Shown in pieces: positions 1 to 12,457 of a stretch of DNA of 64,000 nucleotides. The DNA lies in the NCBI RefSeq assembly GCF_009914755.1, contig NC_060931.1; one strand, 5' to 3'. The notes under the pieces were generated by a model. The model was not told the origin of the DNA, searched no databases, and was given only the letters and a program-made list of their open reading frames with translations. The position numbers and the translations under genes are program-made. Position 1 is the stretch's first letter, and every line of letters starts with the position of its first letter. The stretch comes from the human T2T-CHM13v2.0 reference genome, Homo sapiens.

Positions 1-276
1 CATCAAGTCATTTAAGGTCTTCTTTATACTGTTTATTCTAGTTAGCCATTCGTCTTAACATTTTTTCAAGGTTTTTAGCTTCCTTGTGATGGGTTAGAAC
101 ATGCTCCTTTAGCTCAGAGAAGTTTGTTATTACCAACCTTCTGAAGCCTACTTCAGTCAACTCGTCATTCTCTTTGCAGCTTTGTTCCATTGCTGGCGAG
201 GAGTGTGATCCTTTGTAGGAGAAGAGGCACTCTGGTTTTTAGAATTTTCAGCCTTTTTGCCCTGGTTTCTCCCCAT
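1..276 (-). pseudogene. ORF1: L1 ORF1p N-terminus, frameshifted
   Basis: Translates MGRNQGKKAENSKNQSASSPTKDH, then shows an apparent 1-nt loss and further small indels relative to the L1PA consensus. Confidence 0.85.
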
Positions 277-865
277 CTTTGTGGTTTTATCTACCTTTTA
301 TCTTTGATGTTGGTGACCTGTAGATGGGGTTTTGGTATAGATGTCCTTTTTGTTGATGTTGATGTTGAAGTTAATCCTTTCTGTTTGTTAGTTTTCCTTC
401 TAACAGTCACATCCCTCAGCTGCAGGTCTGTTGGAGTTTGCTGGAGGTTCACTCCAGACCCTGTTTGCCTGGGTATCACCAGCAGAGGCTGCAGAACAGC
501 AAATAGTGCTGTCTCATCCTTCCTCTTGAAGCTTTGTCCCAGAGGGGCACTTGCCTATATGAGGAGTCTGTAGGCCCCTACTGGGAGATGTCTGCCAGTT
601 AGGCTACATGGGGGTCCGGGACCCACTTGAAGAGGTGGTCTGTTCATTCTCAGAGCTCAAATGCTGTGCTTGGAGAACCACTCCTCTCTTCAGAGCTGTC
701 AGACAGGGACGTTTATGTCTGCAGAAGTTGTCTGCTGCCTTTTGTTCAGCTATGCCCTGCCCACAGAGGTGGAGTCTATAGAAGTAGTAGGCCTTGCTGA
801 GCTGTGGTGTGCTCTGCCCTGTTCAAGCTTCCTGGCTGCTTTGTTTACCTACTTAAGCCTCAGCA

Positions 866-1069
866 ATGGCGGTCACACCTCCCCCAGCCAAACTGCCACC
901 TTGCAGTTTGATCTCAGACTGCTACACTAGCAGTGAGCAAGGCTCTGTGGGCATGGGACCTGCCGAGACAGGCATGGGAGAGGATCTCCTTGTCTGCCGG
1001 TTGCTAATACCTTGGGAAAAGTGCAGTATTTGGGCAGAAGTGTCCTGTTTTTCCAGGTACGGTCTGTGA
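866..1069 (+). CDS. ORF0: LINE-1 antisense ORF0 homologue, 67 aa, uninterrupted
   Basis: MAVTPPPAKLPPCSLISDCYTSSEQGSVGMGPAETGMGEDLLVCRLLIPWEKCSIWAEVSCFSRYGL is collinear with L1HS ORF0 (MAGAPPPASLPPCSLISDCCASNQRDSVGVGPSEPG...). Start context is GCAATGG and a donor CAG|GTACGG lies at 1056/1057. Expression is not shown. Confidence 0.8.
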   Translation: MAVTPPPAKLPPCSLISDCYTSSEQGSVGMGPAETGMGEDLLVCRLLIPWEKCSIWAEVSCFSRYGL

Positions 1070-1899
1070 CAGATTCCCATGGCTAGGAAAGGGAAATCCC
1101 CTGACCCCTTGCACTTCCCAGGTGAGGGGATGCCCTGCCCTGTTTCAGCTCGCCCTCTGTGGGCTGCACCCACTGTCCCACAGTCCCAATGAGATGAACC
1201 AAGTACTTCAGTTGGAAATGCAGAAATCACCCATCTTCTGCATCGATCATGCTGGGAGCTACAGACTGGAGCTGTTCCTATTCAGCCATCTTGAAATGGA
1301 TCCCAAGAATTTTCTTTAAAGTAACAACAGGCTAAAGTAACAAATAGCAATAATAATCTTATACATGTATATGTATATGTATATGTATAGAAAGACACAA
1401 TACTTATTGTTAATATGGGTCATTTGACTTCTGATTTCTAGTCCAACATATAAAGCACTTGGAAGTCATCATTATCACCCAGATATGAAAGAGGTTGAAC
1501 AAACTGAAAATCAACAATTCTTAGCTCAATCAGACAATTGAGGTCACAAGTCAAACTATCCCTTGAAAACTGGAAAGATGGAGAAGTAGATTCAGAGAGT
1601 AACAGCTTACCTGAAGTGGAAGCCCAGGAACAGAACCCTGTAACTGGCATCAATATCAGGAGTAACATTTTAAACTAGAAGTGATGAATTGCTGGAGGTA
1701 GAATGTAAACTAACTTGAGAGTTAAAAACTCTGAGGTGTCAAAGTCTTAGAAAGACCTTTACATTTTTATGAGTTTTACCTCCAGATCCCCAATCAGGTT
1801 CCAACTTTAAAGATTTAAGAAAAATTACCTCTTGTTTTCAGCAGGGTGAAGGGAAGAGCAACTATTTTGGAACATACTCCAAGCTCTCTGTTCTCATCT

Positions 1900-2386
1900 A
1901 AAAGCTATAAAAACAAAATCATGTCATTTTCTGCCACATGGATTGAACTGGAGGACATTATATTAAGTGAAATAAGCCAGGCACAGAAAGATAAACATCA
2001 TGTTTTCTCATTCATATGTAGGAACTAAAAAAATTGATCTCGTGAAAGTAAAGAGTAGAGTGGTGGTTATCAGACACTAGTGTAGGGGGTAAAGGAGTAT
2101 GAAGGTTAATGGGTACAAAAATACAGTTAGCTAGAAGAAATATGTTCTAATCTTCGATAGCACAGTAGGACAACTATAGTTAACAATAATGTATTGTATA
2201 TGTCAAAATACCTAGAAGAGAAGATTTAGAATGTTCCCAACACAAAGAAATGATAAACATTTGAGATGATGGATATCCCAGTTACCCTTATTTGATAGTT
2301 GCACATTGTATGCATGTATCAAAATATCACAAGTACCTCATAAATATATACAACTATTATAGCTATTATGTGTCAACTTTTAAAAA
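1900..2386 (+). mobile_element. L1MA 3' end (ORF2 terminus and 3' UTR)
   Basis: ACATGGATTGAACTGGAGGACATTATATTAAGTGAAATAAGCCAGGCACAGAAAG followed by a typical L1MA 3' UTR. Confidence 0.9.
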
Positions 2387-3701
2387 GGCCTGGCCCCAAG
2401 GAAACCATTTCATCAGAGAATAACTGGGGCTTTGCCAGACCCTAATCAACCAGAGAGAAGGGAAATGCCCAACTCAGGCTCACTAAAAGACTGAGACCTT
2501 ATCACAGGCTTGTAGAACACCTCCCCACCTACCTTACCAACACATAAATAACACAACTATATAACAGGAATGTAGCTAAAAGAACTACAAGCTCCAGACC
2601 GTATTTAAGTAGTCTCTAGGAAAACCTAAGAATCACAGGGGAGGCAAAATCATGGACGTTAAAGAAAATGTTAGTTTCTGACACCAAAGCTATAGCAAAG
2701 CTGAACACGGCATAACCCTCAGACAGAAAAACATAAAACTTCACACTGAAGACCTTTCTATATCAGTTCCTTTTGGCATGTAATCATGTCATGCTTTCAA
2801 TGAAAAATTACAAGGCATGCTAAAAGACAAAAATTACACTTTGATTAGGCAAAGCAAGCATCAGAAAGACAACCAGATATAGCAAAGGTTTTAGAATGAT
2901 CACATTGGGAATTTAAAATACCTATGATTAATATGCTAATAGCTCTAATGGAAAAGTAAGCAAGTTACAAGATAATGGGTACCATAAACAAAAAGATAAC
3001 AATTCTAAGAAAGGATCAAAAGAAAATGCTAGAAATGAAGAGTCCCTTTGATTGGTTCATCAATAGACTGGACACAGTTGTAGAGCAAATCAGTAACCTT
3101 GAATATGTGTCAATAGAAACCTCTAAAACTGAAATGCAAAGAGAAAAAAATAATGAAAAAGATAGAATAGAATTTCCAATTACTGAGATAAATACAAAAG
3201 GTATAACATATGTATAATGGAAATGCCAGAGAAAAGAGTAAAAAAAAATTCATGTAGTCATGGCTGAGAATTTTCCAAAATTAATGACACCAAGCCATAG
3301 ATCTAGAAAGCTAAGAAAACATCAAGCCAAACAAATTTCAAAAATTCTATACCTAGGTACATCATATTCCAACTACAGAAAATCAAAGACAAAGAGAAAA
3401 TCTTAAAGAAGGTAGAGGGGAAAAATACTATCTTACCTACTTTGGAATAGGGATTAGAATTACAATTATATTCAGAAACCTCAGAAAGCATCCAAAGAAA
3501 AAGAACATGGAGAGAAATATTTAAAGTATTTTTTAAAAACACCATCAACATAAAATACTGTATCCAGAAAAATTACCCTTCAAAAGTAAAAGAGAAATAA
3601 AGAGTCTCTCAGACAAACAAAAATGGATAGCATTTATCAGTGGTAGATCTGCTGTGCAAGAAATGTTAAGAGAACTACTTCAGGGAGAAAGAAATTATAT
3701 A

Positions 3702-3836
3702 GAAACACAAAGCTATATAAAAGAAGAGCATTCAAGAAACTCAAAGCTGTATAAAGGAAGCATTAGAGAAAGCTTTATAAGCTATATAAAGGAAGTATTA
3801 GAGAAACTCAAAGCTATAAAAAGGAAGAGCATTAGA
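3702..3836. repeat. Minisatellite, 4 imperfect copies of ~33 bp
   Basis: Consensus GAAACTCAAAGCTATATAAAGGAAGAGCATTAGA, with units starting near 3702, 3736, 3768 and 3803. Confidence 0.85.
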
Positions 3837-4754
3837 GAAGGAGTAAGTGAAGGTAGTACAAAATCTTTCATTTTTCTCATTCTTAATTGATTTAACAGAT
3901 GACATATTGTCCAAAATAATACAATGTACTTGACCATTATAGCTTATGGAAAAGTAAAATTAATGACAGCAAGATTATAAGGGATGGGATGAAAGAATTG
4001 GGAAGATCCTGTTATAAGGTACTTGCATTACCCATGAAGCAATATAGTTTTATTTGAAGCTGAATTTGGGTTACTGGTAAATATATGATGCAAACTCTAA
4101 GGCAAAAATGGGCTAGCCATTTTACATCAATTAACTTACATATTTTAACCCTTCATAGTAGACATGTGCATTGTTTTATAGATGTGAAATTCAGCATAGA
4201 TTCAGAAGAAACATTTCAGAAAATATTTTTTCTAGACAGGAAAACTAAGGGACATACATATTTTCAATTTACTCAAGTACTAAGTGGAGGACCCATAATT
4301 TTAACCTCCATCAGCTTTCAAATCCTGTAATTTCTACCACAGGCTCATGATGCTTCCCATTTGTGAGCTGTCATTGAAATATGAACCAAATTGCAAACTC
4401 ATGATTAAATGGTCAAAGAAAATCGAAGCAAAAGTGATAATACATATTTTTTAAAAATGATACCAATATAAGAAATATGTTTGGAAGTAGCAAATGTCCT
4501 TTGCACATTGGAATTAAATAAATGATAGTGATAAGGAGTACATATCCAAAATAGTCCAATTATTTACATTCCAGGAATAGTGCTGTTATCAATCAACTTA
4601 AAGCTATAAAACTTTAAAGTTTGGAAAACTGAATTCAATGTCCTAGAGAGGCATGTCTTCATTCAATCTGTCTCTGAGCTAAACATTCCTGTGGTATTTC
4701 TTCTTGAGGGGAAAGTCATGACTTGCATTTTCTACCTGCTACTCTGAGAAATAT

Positions 4755-5145
4755 TTCCAGATTGGTGGTCCATGCTTGCAAAATATTTCTCTTGGCCCAC
4801 AAGAGTTTAAAAAAAAATCACTTGGCAAGATTAAAAGTCACAAGATACTAAACAAGAATACATGTTTACCACATTTTGCTAAGAATTTAAGGGTCCCAAG
4901 AATGAAGTCCCCATGTTTATTGGAGTAGTTGCCCCATAACTAGGGCAGTACCCAGTCCACCACACACTTCACCAGTTCTTACTGCCTTTTCCACACTAAG
5001 GAAGGCCAAGCAGCAGTTGTCATTTAGTATCTTGTGGTTCTTTCTTTGTTTTTCTTTCTCTGTCTTTTTCTCTTTTTAATTCTGGGTCCACTTCACTCCT
5101 TTACATTACAAACCTGGCACCTCAGGCTATTAAATTTGTCCTGAA
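4755..5145 (+). mobile_element. MER102-like hAT-Charlie fossil
   Basis: The terminal part GGTCCACTTCACTCCTTTACATTACAAACCTGGCACCTCAGGCTATTAAATTTG resembles the MER102 end; highly diverged. Confidence 0.45.
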
Positions 5146-5169
5146 ACTGTATGTCACTATGTCTCATAA

Positions 5170-5325
5170 AATTTCATATCCAGAACTAAGCACAATAGAC
5201 CACTTTTAGACCACCCTCTTTGATTCTGATGTTATATTGCTATATAAAAATAAAAATTGCATTACATTTTTTGACATCCCAAGTAAGCTTACAGTGAATT
5301 CACCATCAAGTAAAATTCTCAAGGC
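5170..5325 (-). mobile_element. L3/CR1 fragment
   Basis: CCAGAACTAAGCACAATA...ATTGCATTACATTTTTTGACA resembles the antisense L3 consensus; very diverged. Confidence 0.4.
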
Positions 5326-6604
5326 TGAAGCCCTGCATGCCACACAGCTGGAATTCCTTGAAAACCACCTGCAGACTCAACATTTCCCTACATCCTAGTG
5401 GGATACTTGGAGCTCTAGCTAACTGTGAGACTAAACATAAGTCACCCCTGCAATGACCCACAGCTATGTTCTAATAACAGCTTTTACCTTATTCTCACTT
5501 GAATCTTTATTCTGATGATTTGATCTTTGCCTATTTATTAATACCTATGCAGAAGCTCCTGCTTTATATTTTGCCATATCAGTACATGTGCCTGGTCCCT
5601 ACACCCTAGCAGAGTAACTGATACTGTTACTGGCTTTAGACAGCAAGCTTGTGTCTATTTCAAAATGAATCTTATGGCTAGATTTGCCTGTTAGTCTGAC
5701 ATTGCCTTTTACCATTGTTTCTGTTCTATCTCTTGGGTGGATGTGCCAGCCCCTGCAAAGGACTCTCATCCCCCAAAGTCAACCCTGTATCTAGCAGACA
5801 GGGCCAGATGAAGTTCCTAGGCATTAATACTTATCTGCATGGTGCTCTGTTAAATATATCACACTTACTTTTTTGTGCAAATAGTTAAGTGATTCTTTGT
5901 ACTGTAACAGTTAAAATTTGTTTTAATTATAAATAATAATATATATCAGTGGTATACTCAGTAATGTAAGTATACTGTATAACTAGTTTTATATTAGCAT
6001 AGTGTTACATTCCCAAAATTTTCACAAAAGACCTTTACACGGTTCACGTTTTCCAAATGTTCTTTCCTTTCAATTACCATCAACCTCCATGCTGCTCACT
6101 TTAGCACTAAACTACAGCTGATGCTTGGAATTTTTGAACCAAGAACTTTACAAATGTTCCTACCACATTTACCGAAATTCTTCCTTTCACTTTATAAACC
6201 CCTTTCAACCTTGATTTAGTCACTCAGCATTTTACTTATGAATTCTAGTTTTAAAGCTTCTGAAATATAGATAATTATCCCCTGATTATCTACAAAGTAA
6301 AGCAAACTTGGATAGCGACTTGTGGCTCTCCTCTATAAATAATTCTCTGGGTTAATATTTTAATGTTCAAAGGTAAATTTGAATTGCGGCATTTTAAAAC
6401 TCTTAGTTACAATTTATTAATCAATAAAATCAAATAGTTCAGGCAGAAATGATAAGAATCTGGTATAAGTGGTCTAACTAAATATTTGAGTTGTAGAATT
6501 CACAGAACTTGCTAACAACCCCATGCCACTCCATAGAAGGTACCAAGTTCAAATAGTCCCCTAGATAAATTTTGAAAAACATTAAACTTTTCCAAAACAC
6601 ACAC

Positions 6605-6838
6605 CAGTGGATTTCAACCGGAGGTGATTGTTTGCCAAAGGACATTTGTCAATGTCTGAAAAACTTTTTTGATTGTTACAACTGGGCAAGGTGACAGGAA
6701 GTGGGGTTAGGTGTTCCTAATGGCTTCTAGTAGGTACAGGCTAGATATGCTGCTCAACATTTTGTCACACATAGGACAGCCCCTACAGCAAAAAATTATC
6801 AACCCCATAATCAAAAGTGCCAACGTTGAGAAACCCTG
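6605..6838 (+). mobile_element. MER20 (hAT-Charlie)
   Basis: CAGTGGATTTCAACC...GGACATTTGTCAATGTCTG...GTTGAGAAACCCTG is collinear with MER20. Confidence 0.9.
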
Positions 6839-7182
6839 GCATAGAGAAAAATAATGATTAGAAAGCACATTCTTAGTTTATATTCAAAGAGAAATGAAAT
6901 TCCAAAACTAAAAACTACCAAAATGGCTATAACAAAATTATGTGTAAAGCCTACTTACAATTGTCTATGCAAATGCTACAATAAAGTATGAACGATTCTA
7001 ATGCTCTTACTGAAATAATAATCATGAAAAAGGTTTTATTTCATAAGCAGATGGATAATTCAACAAAAGCAATCTGATGATAATATCTCATTTTATTAAA
7101 CAATAAAAACAACTAGATCTCAATACATCCCAAACAGCATTTCAAAAAAATTAATATACAATTCTAATTTAAAAATTCAATT

Positions 7183-7498
<316 letters not shown>

Positions 7499-7954
7499 CT
7501 AGTGATTGAAATAATCTTTATTAATATGGTAAAAAGCATTTGTGTATGTGTGTGTGTTTATAATTAGGGATTATACTCCATAATGTAAAGTCTATATACT
7601 TGATATAAAAACATGCACAAAATCATGTTGAATAATGAACTACTAGAGGCATTTCTGTTAAAATTAGAAATTTAAAAGTGTGAAAATTACCAGTATATTA
7701 GGTTATATTCTATAATGTAATAAGACAAGAAAATATGTATTAACATGAGTTTTATACGGAAGAGACAAAACAAGCAGTACCTACAGATAATATTATTGAA
7801 TGCCTAGAAAATTCAAGAAGATAGATTCCAATGATTGAAAGAATACAAAAAAATTATTAAAGCAATATTTTAAAAATTATAAATTTACTTAATTCAAGAA
7901 ATAACCAACTTATCACAAGTTAAAATGCCTTATTTGATTCACACTGATAATCAA

Positions 7955-8880
7955 GATAATAAGCTTAAAATAGAGGCTATCTTTTGCTTTTGATTACCCA
8001 CTCTCTCTTCCTCCCCTTCCTATGGCAACATCCCAATTTTATGGTGCAGAACTAAAGATGCCCCTCACATGCTGCTATCTAGATCTTCAGAGTTACTCTG
8101 GCCATCTATTTTTTCTAAATTCATTATTTTTCTTTGTTTATAGAGATACCCTATAAAGGTTCAATTGATTTGAAATTGTTTGTTACGGTAATTTTAGTGA
8201 TTATAACCAAAGAACTAAACAAGTGAGATATGAAGGAGCAAAGGAGAGAAAATTTCAATGACAAAAACAAACTCAAACGTGAATTATTGGGTTTATATTG
8301 TGCCTGGATGGAGAGACCTAATCAGTAAAGGTGTAAGTTTTTTTTGCAAATAATGATTACAATTCCATGTTATCACAATTCCGCTATTAGGATGTGACCC
8401 TTAACTATTTAATATGGTATTTTATTTTTAAAATAAATTCCAGAAAATAGGGCAATTTTTAGAGGTATAATGCAAAGGATCTGCCTATCAGATAATAAAA
8501 CAAATCAGATAAGCCCTTTTTATTGCAGGAAGAAGCCAAAATAAACAGAGATAAACAGACATAAAAAGAAATTATAGCAATAACTTCACATATAATAAAA
8601 TTATAATTGAAAACCTGTAAAAAACATTCAAACAAATGAAGTTAACCCCCTCCCATGTTGCACACACACATACATACACACACACACGGACACACATACA
8701 CAAATGTATTCCAGTTTGATTAAAGGTTTAGATTTACGTACGAAACCATAAAATCTTAAGAAAATTCAGGAGACTATTTTTATCTATTTTAAGCTTATGA
8801 TAATAAGCTTAAAATAGATGTTATCTTTTGCTTTTGATTACCCACTCTCTCTTCCTCTCCCTCCTATGGCAACATTCCTA
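7955..8880. repeat. ~80-bp dispersed direct repeat (7955-8035 and 8799-8880)
   Basis: GATAATAAGCTTAAAATAGA..TATCTTTTGCTTTTGATTACCCACTCTCTCTTCCTC..C.TCCTATGGCAACAT is present twice with a handful of mismatches. Confidence 0.95.
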
Positions 8881-10387
8881 CTTAATGTAGGGAGAGTCTG
8901 TATTTGTAAAAAGAAATCTAGGTCAGACATTAGAAAGGGAAGGACTGATAGATCTGTTAACATAGAAATATAGAAATAAAAATCCTACACTGTATGACAA
9001 AAGTCACCACTAAGAAGGTTAAAAAACATACTTGACAAATGCTACTATGTTTTACCTCATTAATAATCCAAGAATTACGGTTTTAACCAACCAATCAAAC
9101 TGAGGACAATTGCAGAGGCCTAGTGATAACGACATTCCAAATACTGTTGATATAAATTAGAACATTTCTGTAGCACAATTTGGTAAAAAGATTTTAAATT
9201 CTGAGTGCACAACAATTTCTATTCAGTGAATTTATGTCTAGGAATTTTTTAAAAGGAAATAATTTGACAAGTCTGAAAAAACACATCTATGCTTGTTTCT
9301 TGAAACATTATAGCTATAATTTGGAAACAACCTGAATGACCATCAGTGATGGATTTTTCATGAACAAAGTATAACACAACCATACAGGAAAATATTATAC
9401 AGTCATTAAAAAGTTTAACTTATGACTACAGTTAATGAACAGATGTTTAAAAGACAGGAAGTAAAATAAAGCATGTTGTTATATCAAGTGTATAGACTAC
9501 GTTATGGAGTATAATTTCTAATTATTAAAACAAAGTCTGGAAGAATACACATAAAATGATTAATCACTGAGGGATAAGAAATTAGAATATTTAATTTAGT
9601 TTTATTTCATACATTTTTATACTGCTTGAATTTTTCACACAGATCAAACATTATCTTCATCATTGTAACATACTTTAATATCAGTTCAATTGTGAAAAAA
9701 AATTGGTTCAAAAAAAATAATTCATACATTTGGGCCTAATAATTTCACTTTTAATAGTTGATCCAAAGAAAAGAATTCAAAATAAGAGAAGTCTACAGAA
9801 CTATCTTATTGGATCATAATTTATAATTGTAAAATATTAAAACCAGCTTATATGTCCAACAATAAGAGATTATACCATTTCATAAATATTATGAAGCCAT
9901 TAAAATGCAATTAGGAAGATTTGCAGAAACCTGACCCAACATATTTGACAAATAATCGGTACAAAAGCAGGATACAAAGTATATGTTTATAAACATTAGA
10001 AATGTTTGCATATACATGGTAGATTTAAACAGGCATATTAAAGTTGAACAGCATTTTTGTTACTATGTATATGTGTTTCATAGTTAAACTCTTCATAATA
10101 TCATTTACTTTATTTCATGAAAAAATTTTTAGAATGAGACATGCTTTGTTTGTTTTCATTAAGCCTCTTTGGCTGATCAGTGAACTCTGAAGACAATCAG
10201 TTTATCATTGATTCTATATTGCTATTTCATATCACATCTCACAGTTAGTGATTATGCATTGACTTGTATGTTATTGGCTTACAATCCTTACAAACTTAAT
10301 TACATATTCGTAAGTTCTATTTTTTTCTCATTTCACTCACTAGATTCTATGTAATGTGAGGACAGCTACTATAAATTACTTACACAC

Positions 10388-12405
10388 TTTTTTTCTTTTT
10401 TTTTGTTTTTCAACTTTTATTTTTGGTTCAGTGGGCACAGGTGCAAGTTTCTTAAATGGGTAAATTGTATGTTGCTGAGGTTTGGTATACAAATAATTCC
10501 CTCACCCAGGGAGTGAGCGTAGTACCTGATAAGTATCTTTTCACTCCATGCTATGCTACCGCTGTCCCACCTAAAGTGGTCCCCAGTGTCTATTGTTCCC
10601 ATCTTTGTGTCTATGGGTATTCAATATTTAGCTCTCACTTATAAGTGAGAACATGCAGTATTTGGTTTTCTGTTCCTGCATTAATTCTCTGAGAATAACA
10701 GCCTCCAGCTGCATTCATATTGCTGCAAAGGACGTGATTTCATTATTTTGTATGGCTGCGTAGTATTCCATGGTGTATGATACAGTTTGGCTGTGTCCCC
10801 ACCCCAATCTCATTTTGAGTTATAGCTCCCATAATTCCCATGTGCTGTGGGAGGGACCCAGTGGGACATAATTGAATCACAGGGGCGGTTTCCCCCATAC
10901 TGTTCTCATGGTGGTAAATAAGTCTCACAGATCTGATGGTTTTCAAAGGGAAACCCCTTTCACTTGGTTATCACTTTCTCTTGCCAGCCACCACATAAGA
11001 TATGCCTTTCACCTTCTGCCATGATTGTGAGGTCTCCCCAGTCATGTGGAACTGTAAGTCTATTAAACCTTTTTTTCTTCTTAAATTACCCAGTCTCAGG
11101 TGTGTTTATCGGGTATGTTTCAGCAATGCGAAAATGAACTAATACAGTATATATGAACCACATTTTCTTTATCTAATCCATTGCTGATGGACAACTAGGT
11201 TGATACGATGTATTTGCTATTGTGAATAATGCTGCAATGAACATATGAGTTCATGTATATTTTTGGTAGGAAGATTTATTTTTGTTTGGGTATATACCCA
11301 GTAACGAAACTGGTGAGTCAAATGGTAGTTCTGTCTTAAGTTCTTTGAGAAATCTCCACACTGCTTTCTACTGTGGCTGAACTAATTTACATTTCCACCA
11401 GTAGTGTATAAGTGTTCCCTTTTTTTCGAAACCTCACCAGCATCTGTTATTTTTTTTTTTTTTACTTTTTAATAGCAGCCATTCTTACTGGTGTGAGATG
11501 GCATCTTATAGTGGTTTTGATTTGATTTCTCTAATGATTAGTGATCATGAGCATTTTTAAATATATTTATTGGCCACATGTATGTCTTCTATTGAGAAGT
11601 GTGTCTATTCATGCTCTTTACCTATTTTTTAATGAACTTGTTTGGTTTTTGCTTGTTGAGTTGTTTAACTTCCTTATAGATTCTGGATATCAGACCTTTG
11701 TTAGTTGTATAGTTTGCGAGTATTTTCTCCTATGCTGTAGATCTCTGTTTACTCTGGTGATAGTCTCCTTTGAGGTGCAGAATCTCTTTTTAGTTAATTA
11801 AATTCCACTTGTCAATTTTCGTTTTTGTTGCAATTGCTTTTGAGGACTTAGTTGTAAATTCTTTGCCAATGCCAATGTCTGAAATGGTATTTCCTAGGTT
11901 TTATCCTAGGGTTTTATAGTTTTAGGGCTTACATTGAAGTCTTTAATCCATTTTAAGTTGACTTTTTTATATGGTGAAAGGAAGGGGTTCAGTTTCAATC
12001 TTCTGCATATGGCTAGCCAGTTATCCCAGCACTACTTATTGAATAGGGAGTCCTTTTCCCTTTGGTTGTTATTGTTGACTTTGTCAAAGATCAGATGTTT
12101 GCAGGTGTGTCGCTTTTCTTCTGGGTCCTCTATCCTGTTCCACTGCTGAAAGAAATCAGAGACAACAAAAAACAAAGGAAAAAATATTCCATGCTCATGG
12201 ATAGGAAGAACAAGTATTATTGAAAGGTCCATACTGCCCAAAGTAATTTACAGATTCAATGCTATTCCTATCAAACCATCAATGTACACCGAATTAGAAA
12301 AAACTATTCTAAAATTCATATGAAATCAAGAGTCTGAATAGTCAAAGCAATCCTAAGCAAAAAGAACAAAGCCAGAGGCATGGTACTTATACAAAACAGG
12401 CACAT
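10388..12405 (-). mobile_element. L1PA15/16-like 3' portion with 5' inversion (minus 10388-12145, plus 12141-12405), interrupted by THE1
   Basis: Poly-T start, old L1PA 3' UTR and antisense ORF2, switching to sense ORF2 at CACTG (12141-12145). Confidence 0.9.
10778..11146 (+). mobile_element. THE1 (THE1B/C-like) solo MaLR LTR
   Basis: TGATACAGTTTGGCTGTGTCCCCACC...AACTAATACA, with 5-bp TSD GTGTA/GTATA. Confidence 0.95.
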
Positions 12406-12457
12406 GGATTTACACTATTTTCTAATAAATGTCTTATAATATTTCCACATGTACACC

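Larger units (their letters stand above)
1..1304 (-). mobile_element. L1PA (L1PA7-like) LINE-1: complete 5' UTR plus start of ORF1; the element continues off the left edge
   Basis: Reverse complement begins ...TTCAAGATGGCTGAATAGGAACAGCTCC (L1 5' terminus with YY1 core, 1285-1293). The ~1.03 kb UTR leads to ORF1 start ATGGGGAGAAACCAG at 276. The flank reads TTT|AAAGAAAATTCTT on the minus strand (L1 endonuclease-type site, candidate TSD 1305-1317). Confidence 0.95.
1425..4100 (+). mobile_element. Old L1M (L1MC/L1MD-type) 5' UTR and ORF1 region, degraded, interrupted by an L1MA 3' end
   Basis: A-rich strand with ORF1-like remnants (track ORF 2975-3217 ...DWFINRLDTVVEQISNLE...; CTAGGTACATCATATTCCAACTACAGAAAATCAAAGACAAAGAGAAAATCTT). 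Boundaries approximate. Confidence 0.7.

Noticed and set aside
190-1319. Other ORFs in the L1 5' UTR (190-573, 291-479, 661-930, 922-1230, 1122-1319)
   Set aside because: Incidental frames of L1 UTR sequence; only 866-1069 matches a known product.
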